From the human T2T-CHM13v2.0 reference genome, Homo sapiens, in assembly GCF_009914755.1 (NCBI RefSeq), contig NC_060937.1: DNA of 64,000 nucleotides; one strand, written 5' to 3'. Position 1 is the first letter of the stretch; each line of letters starts with the position of its first letter. Both the position numbers and the translations under genes were made by a program. Shown one piece after another: positions 24,601 to 39,217 of this stretch. Below the pieces are notes generated by a model. The model saw only the letters and a program-made list of their open reading frames with translations, made no database searches and was not told the DNA's origin.

Positions 24601-27600
24601 TGATGAGCATAGCAACAACTGACATCATAATTTATGGAATACAGTCCTGCCATCAAGCACATGTTGTTACTATATAAAGAATACAAATTCATCTGAAACT
24701 TGGGACTACTTCGGATGAATTTTTAGTTTGAGACCCCAGAGATTCTTAAAATTGTCTTGTGTATTTTCTTCAAAAGTTGATATGTGGTTTAGTCATTCTC
24801 AGTGGGCTTCTGCATCAGTTTAAACAGTGAGTGTACAATCTCCGCCTAGTTAAACTACACGTTTACATGGCGAGAGTACCAATGAGTATGTTTCATCAGA
24901 CATTTCTGGAAGCTCTCTGGCCAATAGGAATGGTTTGAAACTGTTTTCTAATCACTGTTGAAATCACTGATAGTACTGTCTGTCCACACTATGACAGACA
25001 AAAGCTCAAATGTATTAAACATAGCAATCCATCATCCTGCAGATGGGAAGCAGGAGCCAGCCGAGTTCAGAGGCAGTGACTACCCGCTGCTTAACAAAGG
25101 CTGGAGTCCTGACAGTTCAGTCCCTTCCTTGCTCTTCGCGACCACCCCTCCATCTGAGATGAATGAGTGTAATCAATGAGGGAGAAAGCCTGCTGAGGAC
25201 CTCAAATTCAAACATTGTTACATTTAAAGTGCTGCTTTTTTTTTTTTTTCCTAATCAGAACTGTTGCTTAAACAGTGTTCTCCAACTACAAGAAGATAGG
25301 CATTTAAGTGAAGGAATGAACAAATGAACTATAGATTTAAGAAGCATATCCTTAGAAAATACTGTCCTGGTATACCATTAAGTTTAGAGAGCTAGCTTTG
25401 AAATAAAGCTGTGATCCTAATTCAGAGGAAGTTTGCTTAAAAATTCACCCAATTAAGGGTAAGTTTACATTGTTTGGAGCAAAGGAATAGCGATGCTCTC
25501 TTTGAATGACCAAGAGATTATTTTTAAATAAGCACCAAATACAAATAAAATGCTATTGGCTAAAGTTCAATTTGTTTTGCATACTTGTTTCTAATAAGGA
25601 CATATGAGCCACAAAATAGCCAAAGGGAGGGAAAAAACCCTCAACTGCTAACAGCACATTAACAAAGTATAGAAACGAAAGACACTTTTCTTTGGATTTC
25701 AGCCTTGTCATTTCCAATTTTCTGCTCCTTGGACATGCTTGTATTCAAATTCTGGAACATCTATTCAGCATATCAATCCTAATTAGACAATCTGGGTCTG
25801 GAAAGGATGAGAGCTGGGTCATTTGCATAATTTAATCATAAATACTCAGTGATACATATTTCCAAATGCATTTGTACAATTATCTTTTCATCCTTGGGGC
25901 AATGGTATTAATATGATTAGGCAATATTTCTGGAAAAAACAGACAAGTATGCACTCTTTTTAACTGCAGCTTAGGGCGATATGAAAAATTAATTAATTTC
26001 TGAAGAAAATCAATTTCTCTACGTGACCACATTAGACATTGCTAAACCAAGACTCAGAAACCTCTCTCAATCACTACATTTTATCAGGCTCTTCTAAATT
26101 CTGATTAGTATTTGAACAGTTCAATAGAAAAACTGGTAATGTATCAAAGAGCATCTTAAATTTTGAAGAGATCTTTCTGCCTACTTTCTTTTAGGGCACA
26201 CCACTCTGCTTTACTTTAATGCATTGTTATTTAACCAGTCAATGAGAAGTCTGTGCTTTTGGTGTGAACTCATCTTGAGTGATCTTTTATTAATGTACAT
26301 TAACCAATTTCAAGGACAACAGGATAAGGTTACTTTTGAAAGGCTTTCTCAAGAAATGGATTTATATTCATCTAAAATAATCTTAATTCACATGACACTG
26401 TTTATTATTAAAAAATTAGATAAACCAAGTCCTCTTAAAATGTACCATTTTCATAAGAAAAACATTATAATATACTTAGTGGAGCTCTAAGAACCCAGGT
26501 GGCTAATCTGATTTTTAAAAAAGAGATTCTGCTTTGTATGTTAATTAGTACAAAAGAAAGAAGTCACATTTGTGAGTTTAAATGCACTATTCTTTTCCTT
26601 TCAATCAAATGAAAAAGTAGAAATTACTGCATGCAAATATTCAATATTCATTTAATTTGCATAAAGGTGCTTGAACAAATTTTTGATTCTAACAAGCTCA
26701 TTTTTCATGCGTTTTGTCTTTCATCCTAATCTAGCATCTGTCATTCCTTTTTGAAGTTATTATCGGCCCAATTCCCTCTTGGACATGGTTGCTGGGTGAC
26801 CGGTATCTTAGCACCCACTTTGACAGGAACAGATGTGAAACTGATCAAGAGATTTCCCAAGGGTACCTGAAATCACAAACAACTTTTGTGAAAAACAAAC
26901 AGCATTCCTGTCATGGGCCCTTATTTAACCCACTCTCCAAAAAAAAGAGAGCAAAAAAGTTTACTCCAGATCAAATATGCCATTTTAATTTTATTTCCTA
27001 AGCTTGGAATAAAATACTGTAATTAAATACAATTGTATTATATTTCACAATTTTGAATTTAAGGGATCTGTTCTAAATATCAATAGCTCAAAAATCCAGA
27101 GTTTGTTCTGTTTTTGGCTAGATGTTTATAGGTAAATTTCATGGTAAAATGTTTCTATTTCATGCACAATTTCACTAGAGTTTCAAAAAAAAAATAAAGG
27201 TGGGTTATGATAATTTGGATGACAAGGGTATGTAAGAAGATGAAATTTAGTTTGGTGTCTAAAGGCTTCCTATTTTGAGTATCATGTACAATTCTGTGCA
27301 GTAATAAGGATTACTCTACTTTTAGAGGATTGCCTACAAAATAAAACTTCCCCTCTCCTTTCATGCATTTTATAGCAAGAGTTTTTAACGTGTCTTTATT
27401 TCCAGTTCATGTGGTGTGTAACATCAATCATTATTGGAAAGAGAGCTAGAAAGTGCCTCTGAAAGACAAAAAAGGTCATAGAAACTTCATATCATCACCA
27501 TTACAAAAGTCAGATTAGGTTGCCTTTTCTGAAATAGATTACTTTTAAGACCAGCACAATGATCTTATGATCTACCTACTTTCCTTCCTTCCATCACAGT

Positions 27601-30600
27601 TAGAGAGAGTGGAGTGCAATAGCCATGTTAAATCACCATGAAACTAGTTGGGGTAAACTTTTAAATGAAATTAGGTATATAATTAAATATTGGTATTTTA
27701 TAAATATGGCATCAGGTGATACTAGGAAACAGCCAAAGAACTGATATGATTTTTCATCTTCATTCAAATGATAAGTATAAGGCCAAGGCAGAAAAATTGT
27801 TAATTTACAGTGAAAATAAGTGTTTGTGGATTGTCACTTAGCAGCCAACAGAAAAAGAATCAACAATGTATGTTTAAAACTCCAAATAGTTTTTCCTAGA
27901 TGATCATGACTTATGATAGTAAGGAAAGTGGTATACCTTCCACTGGCAATTGTAATATTTTTCCTCTATTCCAAGAATTGATTTAGTATAATTATTATTA
28001 GAGACTTTTATGTTTGGTTCTTATTGGGAAATAACCAATAACCACTTATCCAAATGGTTTATTCAATGTTAAGTGAGAAAAGAATAAAAAGTCTTTGGAA
28101 TTCTTTTTAACTTTTAATTTGAAAAGGAATTTGCTCACCTCAATTTCAAAACCCGATGATGGAATTATTTAACCATCATAATTGTGACAGCATATACATG
28201 TGTTGCCTTACCATCTATAAGATGTTTTTGGTGTATACAACATTGAGAGCAAGTCTTTCTATATGGAGAAGTAGGTCTTGATTCTGTAATCTAATGGCAG
28301 TCATTTAATACTGTCAAACAAGTAGAGATGCTATGACCTTACCCATTTATATCAGTTATCCATTTGCATTTATATGACATAGCATAGTACAGAAATGAAG
28401 CAAACTACTACACACCTAAATTCTTCTTTATTTGGAACAAATTGTTAACTTCAGCTGTCCAACTTAGGCCCATTTCATGTAAGTAAAGTGAATCCAGCTA
28501 AAATAAAAATATCTTTTATGCATCCAGTTTATCAGTGACCACCTTCATTTATTATTAGTAGTAGCAAAAGCAGCATTCTGGAAACCCTGTCAGGTGGTCC
28601 AACTAAAAGCAAAATTAGATACATAACCATTTAAAGTGTGACTCTAAGAAAAATTAAATATATTCCTAGAAAAATCCTTATTTGGAAATGTTATTACAAG
28701 GAAAAGGTCCTAAAAAAGTTTCTTCTCCTACTTGGACTGACTCATTAGTAAAGAGAAATTGATTAAAAAGTACAAAATAGTTGTTTTTATATCTAATTAA
28801 ATTTGTGTTTATACTCCTTAAATCTAGGATATATACATAAAGAGAAGAATTTTGTTTTAAAAAGTAACATTTTAATAGCATGAGAAAACTTAAATAGCTG
28901 CAAAATTTTGATGGCACTTTGGCTTAACTGTGAAATACCACTGATGAATAATATTTTTTTAATTTCTTAAGAATAAAGGTACTAAATATGGTAGCCAAAC
29001 AGGTGTTAACAGAAAGAAAAATCAAATTTGACCCAGAAGGCTCCAATATTAAGGTTTGAATTGGGATCAGTTCATTCCTTTCCCATGGGGTAACTTGTAT
29101 AAATGTAATTCTATGGTTTCATAAAAGCAGGTCAAGTTTCTGTCCCTGGGGGTCTTTTGGCAATTTGAAGCATGGAAGCACTGTTCCTGGCTACAAGTTC
29201 AAATCTGCATGTACCATACTGTCAACAGTGCGTAAGAAAAAAATCAGTGAACAGCAGACATATATTCATCTTTGATTATAGTACACACTTATCAGAGCAT
29301 TCTTAGAGGGTAAGAATAAAGGTGTCAGAGATGACAATCATAAAATATTTTGAAACTATTTTCACTTACTTATACTTTCTCCTACCAGAAGATGCAAAAA
29401 GTAATGTGAAATACTTGTATTTATGTAAATATCTAAATGCAAAGATGAACTTTTTACCGAATACTGTGTACAAGGTTTTATATTTTGTACAAAGTTTTTT
29501 TAATTCCATAAGCTTTAGATGAAGCAGAAACTTCTAAGTCATCACTGTTTTATAAGCGTCTTTCTATGTTGCAAAAAATGTATGCCTGCTTGCACTCTTA
29601 CCGATGACGTAATGACTTGACATAGGCCATGGAATTATTGAGAAAGTAATTGATTTCAATTTAACTGGATCTTTACTAGGTGTTTTCAAAGACAATTATA
29701 GTCCACTGCAAGAAGTGGTAATACACATCTCCTTATGTAGACCTGCAGATTAACCCACTGACCTCATTCCTAACTCATCTCATTGATGGCAAAGCTTTTA
29801 GAACAGTCTCTTTTCCTTTATGTTATGAAATTGTTTTCCTATCATTTATTCACTGATTCTAAAGGATATGCTGGCTCTAAGTGCAAGAAGCAATGAAATA
29901 AACCAATAAAAGAAAGAGAGCAAGGGCATCAAGCACATGTAGTGTCATTTAATAATGTACAGATTCTAATACCCAATCGTTTAATATCTATTTTATACAA
30001 ATAAAATAATTCTTATACATATATTTTTAAACAGAGAATTTAAAGTACATTATCATAAAAAAGGTTTAGAAAAATTAAGCTGTTTTTAATCACTGTCCTA
30101 ATAACCATATAGCCTTGCATAATTATATCTAAAATATTTAAGTATAAACTACTTCTTTAACTCTAAAATTAATTCTTTTTTTCTGTTGTATTTCAGTAAA
30201 ATAGGACCTGTTTATTGATGTATTGTTTCATGTTTTTATGTGCTACAAAAAGGTAAAATTAAAGCCAATTGTATTTTCCTAAGTTATTTGTCCTGTGGCC
30301 CTACATCCTACAGGTGTATATGTTATGTTTGCGTGTGTGTGTGTGAATGTATTCCTACACAACACATATACATGTATGTAAAGGCTTTTCTACCAAATGT
30401 ACGACAATTATTTAAAGCATAGAGTACAAATGAGCTAATGCTAATACATATAAAAAATATCCACCACAGAGTTCTCTAAACTACTGATAAAAATTTTACA
30501 CTTGTTGCACACACAAGAACATTCATCCTCATATAAAATGTGTGACAGGTATTATGAAAAATAAAAGTGTTCCAGGTTATTCTTTTAAAATCAAAAGGCA

Positions 30601-31471
30601 CTATTTAAGTGTAAGTGCCTAACTCAAGAAGATAATATCATTTTGAATAATCAAATTAAATAAAAATCCTAAATTTGAAACATAAAATAGAAAGTAATAC
30701 TGTTGAATGCATCAGTATATTTTAGCAGAACTATGATGGGTTCAAAGATTTGTTACACCTTAAGTGATTTACTTTGTTCATACATAAACAATATGTCTTT
30801 AAAATATAAGACTATGAATAAAACAGCCCATTTACTGTTGCTACTAATAAAATATCAGGATACAGTTTAAGATTTTAACAAAATACTCCATCTGCCTGAT
30901 AAGTGAATGTAATACACTATTTCTTAGTTAACATATTCTAGAGATTTATTTTCATTGCCTTTACTGAAGAAATGACCAGTATCCCTTAAATGGAATTGAT
31001 AAATATTTACTGCAAATGCTTCTGTATGTTTCCATAAAATATCTCCCTTTCAAGTAGTACACTTTCTTTCTTAAGATATATTTTGTTTGCCCTTGAAGAA
31101 AAATAAGGTTATTTTTTTCCTGTTGTAACTGGAAAGGCAATCTAATTATTTACAAACACTTGATACCATACAAATTCAAAGATCATTTAACACTGTGACT
31201 TTTTAATACTTCATGTTTACCACTCCATTCATATACGCTAAGGAAACAAAAACATTTCTCAATTATTCAATGTTACCAATCAACATCAACCAATGTACTA
31301 TGTGGCCTATTGCAGTATTTGCTTCATGAAAATCATGCTTTAAAAGTATATCCATATTTTTTTTGTCAAAAATATAGGCTATCTTCAAAATCCACTTCAG
31401 GATTCTTAAAGATCTACTTATAGTCAAATCAAAGTATATTTATTTCTATTTTTCAAATCATAGAAAATATA

Positions 31472-31655
31472 ATCACCACGTTGTACAACATTTTCTTCCT
31501 ATCTAACTGAAATTTTGTAACCTTAGACCAACAGCTCTCCAGTCCCTGGTAACCACCATTCTACTCTCTGCATCTATGAGTTCAACTTTTTTAGATTCCA
31601 CATGTAAGTGATATCATGCAGTATTTGTCTTTCTGTGCCTGGCTTATTTCACTTT
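31472..31655 (-). mobile_element. Old L1 (L1MA-like) 3' fragment
   Basis: ccctggtaaccaccattctactctctg…tatgagttcaacttttttagattccacatgtaagtga…tcatgcagtatttgtctttctgtgcctggcttatttcactt. Confidence 0.88.
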
Positions 31656-31739
31656 TACTTCCTGCTAGAAAAATGTAATGTATTCCAGGTATTGTATTCA
31701 ACCTGTACGGTACATTATTATAGATACTTCAGTTAAGCA

Positions 31740-31816
31740 CTCTCTCTCTCTGCCTCTCTCTGCCTCTCTCTCTCTCTCTCTCTCTCTGTATCTCTCTCTC
31801 TGTGTGTCTCTCTCTC
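31740..31816. repeat. (CT)n microsatellite, interrupted
   Basis: Direct reading. Confidence 0.9.
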
Positions 31817-34800
31817 AGTATCAATCACTACTCTCTAAAACTTTTTTAAAAAGTAACTGGCTATTCAGTGTGTTGCTGTGCTTGTAGTTTACAACACTTC
31901 AATATACTTATAACAACAACAAAAAAAGACCAATTAAACAATGACATAGTGAGATTTCCAGTTTAATGAGTTGTCTTTGACAACTTCCAATCAAGTCACA
32001 TACATTTAAATGTGCAGAAGAATCCCAGCTTGAAATCCTGGATCAATTCCAAGCCAATTTGGATCAGAAAGCAAAAGGACCACACCTTTAACACAATGCA
32101 GTCATTGGCAAATTTAATGTCCAATTTAGAAAGAATGAAAGATGATTTTTTTTAAATGGGTGAATTCGAATGCTTTTCTCTTATAAAGGAAATCTATGTC
32201 CGAATAAACCAATACATTTTAAATGCATTTGGTTCAAGGTCCTTGACTTTGGATCAAGTGGTGATTTGGGTCATTATATGTGATGTGACATATATTTTTT
32301 AATTGGACATTTATCTGCTATTCATTAAATTAATTTTAATTGTATCATTAATTTGAAAAACAATGACCTTTTTATTGATTGTCTAATAACTAATTTATAG
32401 TGGATTGAAAATTCTTTTCATTGTCATTTGTACATTTATATATAAAGCTAATCATTAGCTGCCTAAAACTAGCAACAATGGACACACTCTTAACAGATTC
32501 TCAGAAACCTCCTTAAAATAAATAGGTGTAACAAATAAAGTAATCCACCAGTAATCTAATAATAACTAATTAGTGGACCAAATATAAATATCTTATCCTT
32601 GGTATTCTTGTTTTCCAAAGCAATAATTTGGTAAACTAACTATACTATCCTAATGAAGTCATTCCTGTATGTGACATTTGCTAAAAAGCGAATATCAGCA
32701 AATAAAAGTTAGTTACAAGACAGCCACAGTAGCAAAAATTACTTTTTACTAGAAATATTTTTGGCAGATTGAGAAGAAGGAAACAAGAAATTTGAGCAAA
32801 ATGTAGGTTTGCACAGAGCCTCTGCTGTGCCTGAGATGTACATATCTGTGCAGATCAGAGCCTTTGCTGTTACACTTATCTGAGCTCCATTAGGTGGGCT
32901 CTTAATTCATAGTTTTCTTCTTTAAAAATTTAATTATTGAACATAACAAACATAATAGAGAAGGGTCTCCTTAATGCAGTCCCAAAGCCTGAAAATATAA
33001 GTGTAGTCTTAGCTAGAATATTCAAACTACATATACTATATAAATATATTAATATACTACATATAATATGTAGTATTTAGACATACGTATGTACACACAC
33101 ACACACACACATGCATGCAGATATACATCTCTTAAACTGGCCAATCACAAAGCATTACCTCAGTAAGAAAATGGCACATGCTGACATATGCTAAGGTCAT
33201 TCTATTTTTATAACAATTCAAACATAAAATGATAAAACTTTATCTTAATTACATTTTTAAATACCCAAGCCAATAATATCCATTTTTACATTTCCTGTTA
33301 TTCTAAAGATATATAACTTAATGTGACTTTTTTTTTTTTTTTGGTGAACAAGCTGAAAAGGAAATACTTGAAAGATAAATTCAAACAAAGTTTAACTTTT
33401 TAAAAGAACCAAGTAACAAAAACCTTAAAATAAAAATGTTTAATGAAATCTAGATGACTCACCTGTACCTATTTAGAAGGCATAGTTCAAATTAATTTCT
33501 TCAGACAAGGATTCAAAGGGAGACAGTTTACAACCTGTGAGAGTTTAATTTCCCATTATATTTTGCAGTAGTTGTTTTCTATGTTGCTCATACAATGCAA
33601 TCGAAATGACTATTTTACTTGACTGACAAAAGCAATTGTATGAAGCAATTTAGTAAAATAACTTGGAAAGATAAAATAATACTAATTGATAGTTAAAGCA
33701 CAAATTGTTCTTAAAATAACAACTACTTGGTTGCACATTAAGCTAATTTACTAATGCTACTTATACTCTAAAAACAAAACATCAAATGAGAAACAATAAA
33801 GCATATCATGTTTTCATATGCTGGTGAATCACACGTAGTAAATCGCCAAAGACAAGAGTGATTTATGCTCAAATCCTGCCAAGACTTTAGTCAATATAGG
33901 GTGTCACATCTCAGGGAGTTGGGGGATGCAGTGAGGCAAAAAGAGGGTGGTTAATATTTGTCCCAGTAGTTGACATGAAACTGGAGTGAGATTTAATAGA
34001 ATAATCCAAAAAAAAAGCAGATTTGGACTAAAAAAATGAAGATTTTAAAACTATGTGTCAAATGTGAATACCAGAATTTTTCTAGAGGAAAAAAGCCTGT
34101 CGTGTAGTTTATTTTATATAATATTTGAAGCTTCACAAAATAAAATATCATATGTACAAATCAAATTTCTTACATCAGAGCATTAACTAAATGTGGAGTT
34201 CAGAAAGTAAAGTATCATCATAACCATGTTCACTTTTGACAAAAATAACCACGATATTGTGAGAGACTAACTCTTAGAAAAACAACAGGTTTGGAAGAGA
34301 TTATCCAAATAACTCAACAACTTATATCCTGCAGTATAATTTGACTGAACAAAGTAAATTCTAGGTTAGAATATTCTTATATTTTATTCATACACTAGTT
34401 ATTAAAGTGTAATTTGCTAACACTTTAAAAACATACAGAAATAAATTGTGGAACCAAGCAAACTTTCATATTTAAGCTTTAGTCTTCTAATTATGCCCTA
34501 TTCTTTTTGAAATGATATAAAATGAGACATTAGGCGTTATTGGAAGCATTAATCTACTGTAATACGAAAACTTCAAAAGCAGAGTCTCTCTTCATTTGAA
34601 GCAATTCTTTAATTTCTCTGTGCCAAGTATTGTAATTATCTGTTAGAAGTGAATCTATATTTATGTTAAACTTTCTATATCAATGCATAAGTCTGTGTCA
34701 TTGAAAACCAGGCAACAGGGCAAATGTTAAATAAATATAGACTGGTTCGGTTTGCCATCTTTATTAAAACTCCTAACCAAAAAAAAAAAAAAAAAAAAAT

Positions 34801-35374
34801 AGAGTCAAGAGTTGGAAAATGTTTTGTACTTCTTACACTACAATTTCATTCATATATTACTACTGAAACATAAAACACTTTCAATATTTTGTCCATGGAT
34901 GGTATTTTAAGACAAAAGAATTCTGTTTGTGAATATATGTATGTGCCTAAAAAATATATAAGACTAACTGGAATCTACTTAAGTTAAAAACCCCTCAAAT
35001 CTAGGGTTACTTAGAACCTACATCACAATCTTGTTTGAAAGATCCTGAGAAAAAATTATCTTCTTACAACAATGAAAGAAATGAATATTTTAGATAACAT
35101 AATAAAACAGGGTCACTTTTTTAAAACCTGAATTCGTGGAAAATTGAATCCTAACCCAAATCTACAAAAAGGGAACTGACTTATACAAACAGAGATTTGA
35201 CCATGTACATAATTACTTTTCTTTTTTTGTTGTTATTTAATGGTAAGCAGTTAATTAACTGACCTCTGTTGCAACAGCCAAGTTCATGCAACTAATGTTT
35301 AGTTTTGAAATAATAATTGGAGGAAGCTGATCAAGGACAGACTTTGTCCTTTGACAACTTTTAAATATATGTCC

Positions 35375-35458
35375 TTACATTTCTTTCATGTTTTGAGACC
35401 TTTATTTTTTAGCTTTACATTTCTTTCATGTTTTGAGACCTTTATTTTTTAGCTTTAC
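35375..35458. repeat. Perfect 40-bp tandem duplication (2.1 copies)
   Basis: TTACATTTCTTTCATGTTTTGAGACCTTTATTTTTTAGCT repeated exactly twice, plus TTAC. Confidence 0.97.
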
Positions 35459-37035
35459 TGTCTAGCAGGTGATAGTCTCTTTTTCACCTCCTTGTGGTAA
35501 TGACAGATGGCTTCAACATTTATTCTAGTTTTCATAGATAACATACTAATGCAATAGCCCTAAGCAAATTAAAACCACTCGAAGGTTTGCTACTAACTTA
35601 CTGAGCCACTTTGAGCAAGTTTATGAACCTTACTTTTCTGTAACATCATTTCGGTTCCTCAAAATCCCTGGTATTATTATTCCATGCTATTAAGAGATAG
35701 ACATAGTTTCTGTAAAAAGCTGAGAGTGCTAAGATTTGATGTTTCTCATTGTATATAAATTATGATATGTGCATGTATAAATTATATACACACATATATG
35801 GGTGTATAGATAGTAATTTTATACAGTTTCCCTTCTTGCTCAGCTTCTCTTATACTCTACATAAATTACTCCCTTAGCCTGTTAAGTAGCTAGAGGAGAA
35901 AGAAACCAAAGTGAAATAAATCAATACATCTAGGTGAATAAAAAAGGTTCTTCACAGCAAAGATATAAACTTGACTTGAATGAAAAAAGTAATCATAATT
36001 TTATAAATGCAAGATGCAAAACATTTCAAAGCTTTCAAAGGTAAGAAATAAGACAATAATGCTTATAATAATCATTAAAAATAATAATATAGGGTAAACA
36101 GTATATTTGGTGAGAGGGAGTTCCATTACAAGTTCTCAATTTCTTCAATCAGTGGCAGAGTTAGGAAAACCAAGGTAGGTATTTGCAACTAAACACCTTC
36201 TCAAGTTAATGACTACAATATTGCATGTATTTAAGTTTGAGTAAGCTTTTTTAGTTGATATATGATCAAATACAATACTAAATCAACAAACTTCCCGCCT
36301 TTAACTTAAAAATAACTTGAAATAGGGTTTTAGAGCAACACATGTAATTGCAAATTATTAAGGCCAGGTGACTGAAACATAATTACAGTAGTGATGAGAT
36401 ATTTGTGAAGAGATAAACAGTTCCACTGGATTTAACTTATCTTGGCTCTGCAAGTTTAAACTCCAGATCTGTTGTTAACCTCAGGGGGAAAAAACTTGAA
36501 AAATATTTAGTTAAAAGTTAAAGAATATTCTCCAACCACATGGTGAGGACTTCAAATCTAGGCAAAAATTCAGGGAATAAATCGAGTTTAACATTGATTA
36601 TAACATTTATTATAATGCAGTCATTGAAGAAAGTTTTCTCCAGTAATTTTTTGTGTTTACGTGTGTGTATGTGAAATGGCCTTTAATTATCTAGTATCTA
36701 GTGTGCTGTAAGAAACACATAAAGAGGATACCGAGGAGAGTAGATGTTTGATTATTAAAGAGAAAAAAAAAGTAGCAATTCACCAATTTACTGGATAGGC
36801 AGACAATTTTATAACAATCGTATCTGAACTAGCTTCAAATTTCACCTAGCTTTCTTCATAACTCCAGAACAATTTTCCTGTCCTGATTCAAATAGTTTTA
36901 ATATAGATTTTGGGCAAATATTTTACATTCTGCACGACCAAGAACTCCAATTATCTGAGTAAATGACGTTTAGTGATCTTGCTTCCGCGACCCCCACCAC
37001 CCCCCATCTTTACTGCCACCTGTCCATACTTTTGA

Positions 37036-37042
37036 GCGCGCG

Positions 37043-37086
<44 letters not shown>
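37036..37086. repeat. Compound (GC)n(AC)n alternating purine-pyrimidine tract
   Basis: gcgcgcgcgcgcacatacacacac…. Confidence 0.95.
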
Positions 37087-37087
<1 letters not shown>

Positions 37088-38792
37088 CATTTACCCCAAA
37101 ATAGTCGAAGGTTCAAAGCCCAAACACACCCAAGTCCCATGGAAGGAAGAATACCTAAACACGGAAAAGAATTTCTGGCTAGGTCAGGATAGGACATTTG
37201 CTGGACTGGAATTCGAATCTTTTTCGTTTCACAGCCTTCCCGGGCACTAACAGAGAAGAAGTCTTTCTCCATGGAAAAAAGAGCTAGCGCTTTTTCAACC
37301 CAATGTCCTTCTGGTCTCCTTGCTACACTTCCTTTCCACCTAAGTTTCCCTATCTCTGCGGGAGCACACACTAACTCCGCTCCTTCTCTCAATCTTCAAA
37401 CTTATTTGGAGGGTACCGAAGTTTCTGCGCAAATTTTGCGCGCAGTTCCCACGTGCCCGCTTCAGGTCTTCAACTTTCCCTATTTTCTTTCTCCCGGAAT
37501 CTCACTCTGAACTTTTGCCTCTGCGCTTCCTTGCAGAGAACCGTGGGGACAAAGCGGCGCTGTGAAAGGGGGTGGAATGATCATCTCTACCCCGAAACTG
37601 ACAAGTTGCCCCACTCCCGCCCCCTCTTGGTAGATCCTCCCCCACTGAGCGTTCATTAGCATAAAACTGGTCTGGCTGGGGACCGGTCCCGCCGCCTCCT
37701 CCGTGCGCGCGCTTTGCTGGGCTGGGTAAGCCAAGGCACAGAGTATCAGGGCCGCTGAGCATCCCAGTGCAAAGTGTGCACCTGCTCGCTGCTTAAGCTA
37801 CTAACATTTAAGAAAAGAAAAGAGAGAGAAAGACAGAAAGAAAACACACTTTGGAGAGAAAGAGACAGAGAACTCGAAAGAGAGATCGAGAGAGAGCGCG
37901 CTCCGTGGCTTTCCTTCCTAATCTCTCCAGTTCAGCTTCCATTGAGTCTCGGGCAATCGGTCACCTCCCCCTACCGAAGAAAACCTGCTGGTTGCCCTCG
38001 CATCTGCCCCGGGGCCACCGTACCCCTTTATTTCCTTTGCACACGCACTCGCTCACACGCGGACACACGCACACATGCGCGAACACACAGACCCCTCCCC
38101 TCGGCTGGCTTCCCCTCCGGGCTTCGGAGCTCAAGTCCCCGGAGCTCATCCCCCGGGATGGACCCGGTCTCTCAGCTTCGCGGGTCATTTCCCTCCCGAC
38201 CTCAAAGTGCCCTCCTCGGGTGCTGGCCCGCTCCCTCGCCTTTCCCAGCGGGGCCCTCACCCGGAGCGCGTCTCCCCGCTCCCCGAGCCCTGCGGAGCAG
38301 GTCACGACCTCCCCCCGCCCCCGGGACACCGCTCGGCGCCACAGATCAGCCCTGTCGGTGCCGGGAGGCTGGCCGTGGAACCCAGGTCCTGGGGAGCGCA
38401 CGAACGCGGACAGCAGCGCTGAGAGGGGTCTCCAGGCGCCCGCGCGCCCGGGGCAGGGGGCTGTGGCTCCAGCAAAGGCGCCGTCCTCCTCCCTCTCGTC
38501 CCCTCCGCCCCGAGGCTCGGCTTTCCCGCATCCCACAGCAGCCCATCCCCGGGACCCAGAGGGCAAGGGGAGGACCGGGCCGAAGAGCGAGGTCTGGGCA
38601 GGGTGAGGTGCCAACTTCTCAGGGGGTCGGGCGCGGCTGGCGAGCCCCGAGCAGGGAGAGGAGAGGGCCGCGCTCGCCGGGGCGCGCGGCTCGCGGGCGC
38701 GCAGAGCGAGCGGCGCCGGGAAAGGAGCGAGGGCAGGCGAGCAGGCTGGTGGGAAGGGGCGCGGGCGGCGGGGGCTATCCCCCCCGACTCAC

Positions 38793-39183
38793 CTTGCGTT
38801 GGTGCAGTCATTGTAGAGGGTCTCGAAGTCCTTCCTGGAGATGAGTTTGCAGCGGTTCACTCCTGGCTGGATGGCGCCCAGTCCCCTCAGGATGCGAACT
38901 TGTTCCACATTGCACACCACCGGCGTGATCTCCAGCCGCTTCAGCTTGGTGTAGACCGTATGCAAGCCCCCCACCAAGTGCTTCAGGAACAGGTCGAAAG
39001 CCTGGGGCAGGCAGATCAGCTCGCAGCCCTCCACCGTGAAGGAAGCCACTTTGGCCCCCCTCAGATCCACCATTTTGCACTCATTATTCTGAGGGGTGTT
39101 TTCCACTGGGGACGGGGTTGAGTACACGGGTTTCCCGGGGAGGGGGCCGCAGCTGCTGCTGCTACTGCTGCTGCTGCTACTAC

Positions 39184-39217
<34 letters not shown>

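Noticed and set aside
37480-39121. Long overlapping ORFs on both strands (e.g. 37774..38844, 356 aa)
   Set aside because: Typical stop-poor CpG-island shadow ORFs, rich in Arg/Pro/Gly, mostly with non-ATG starts and no recognisable domain.
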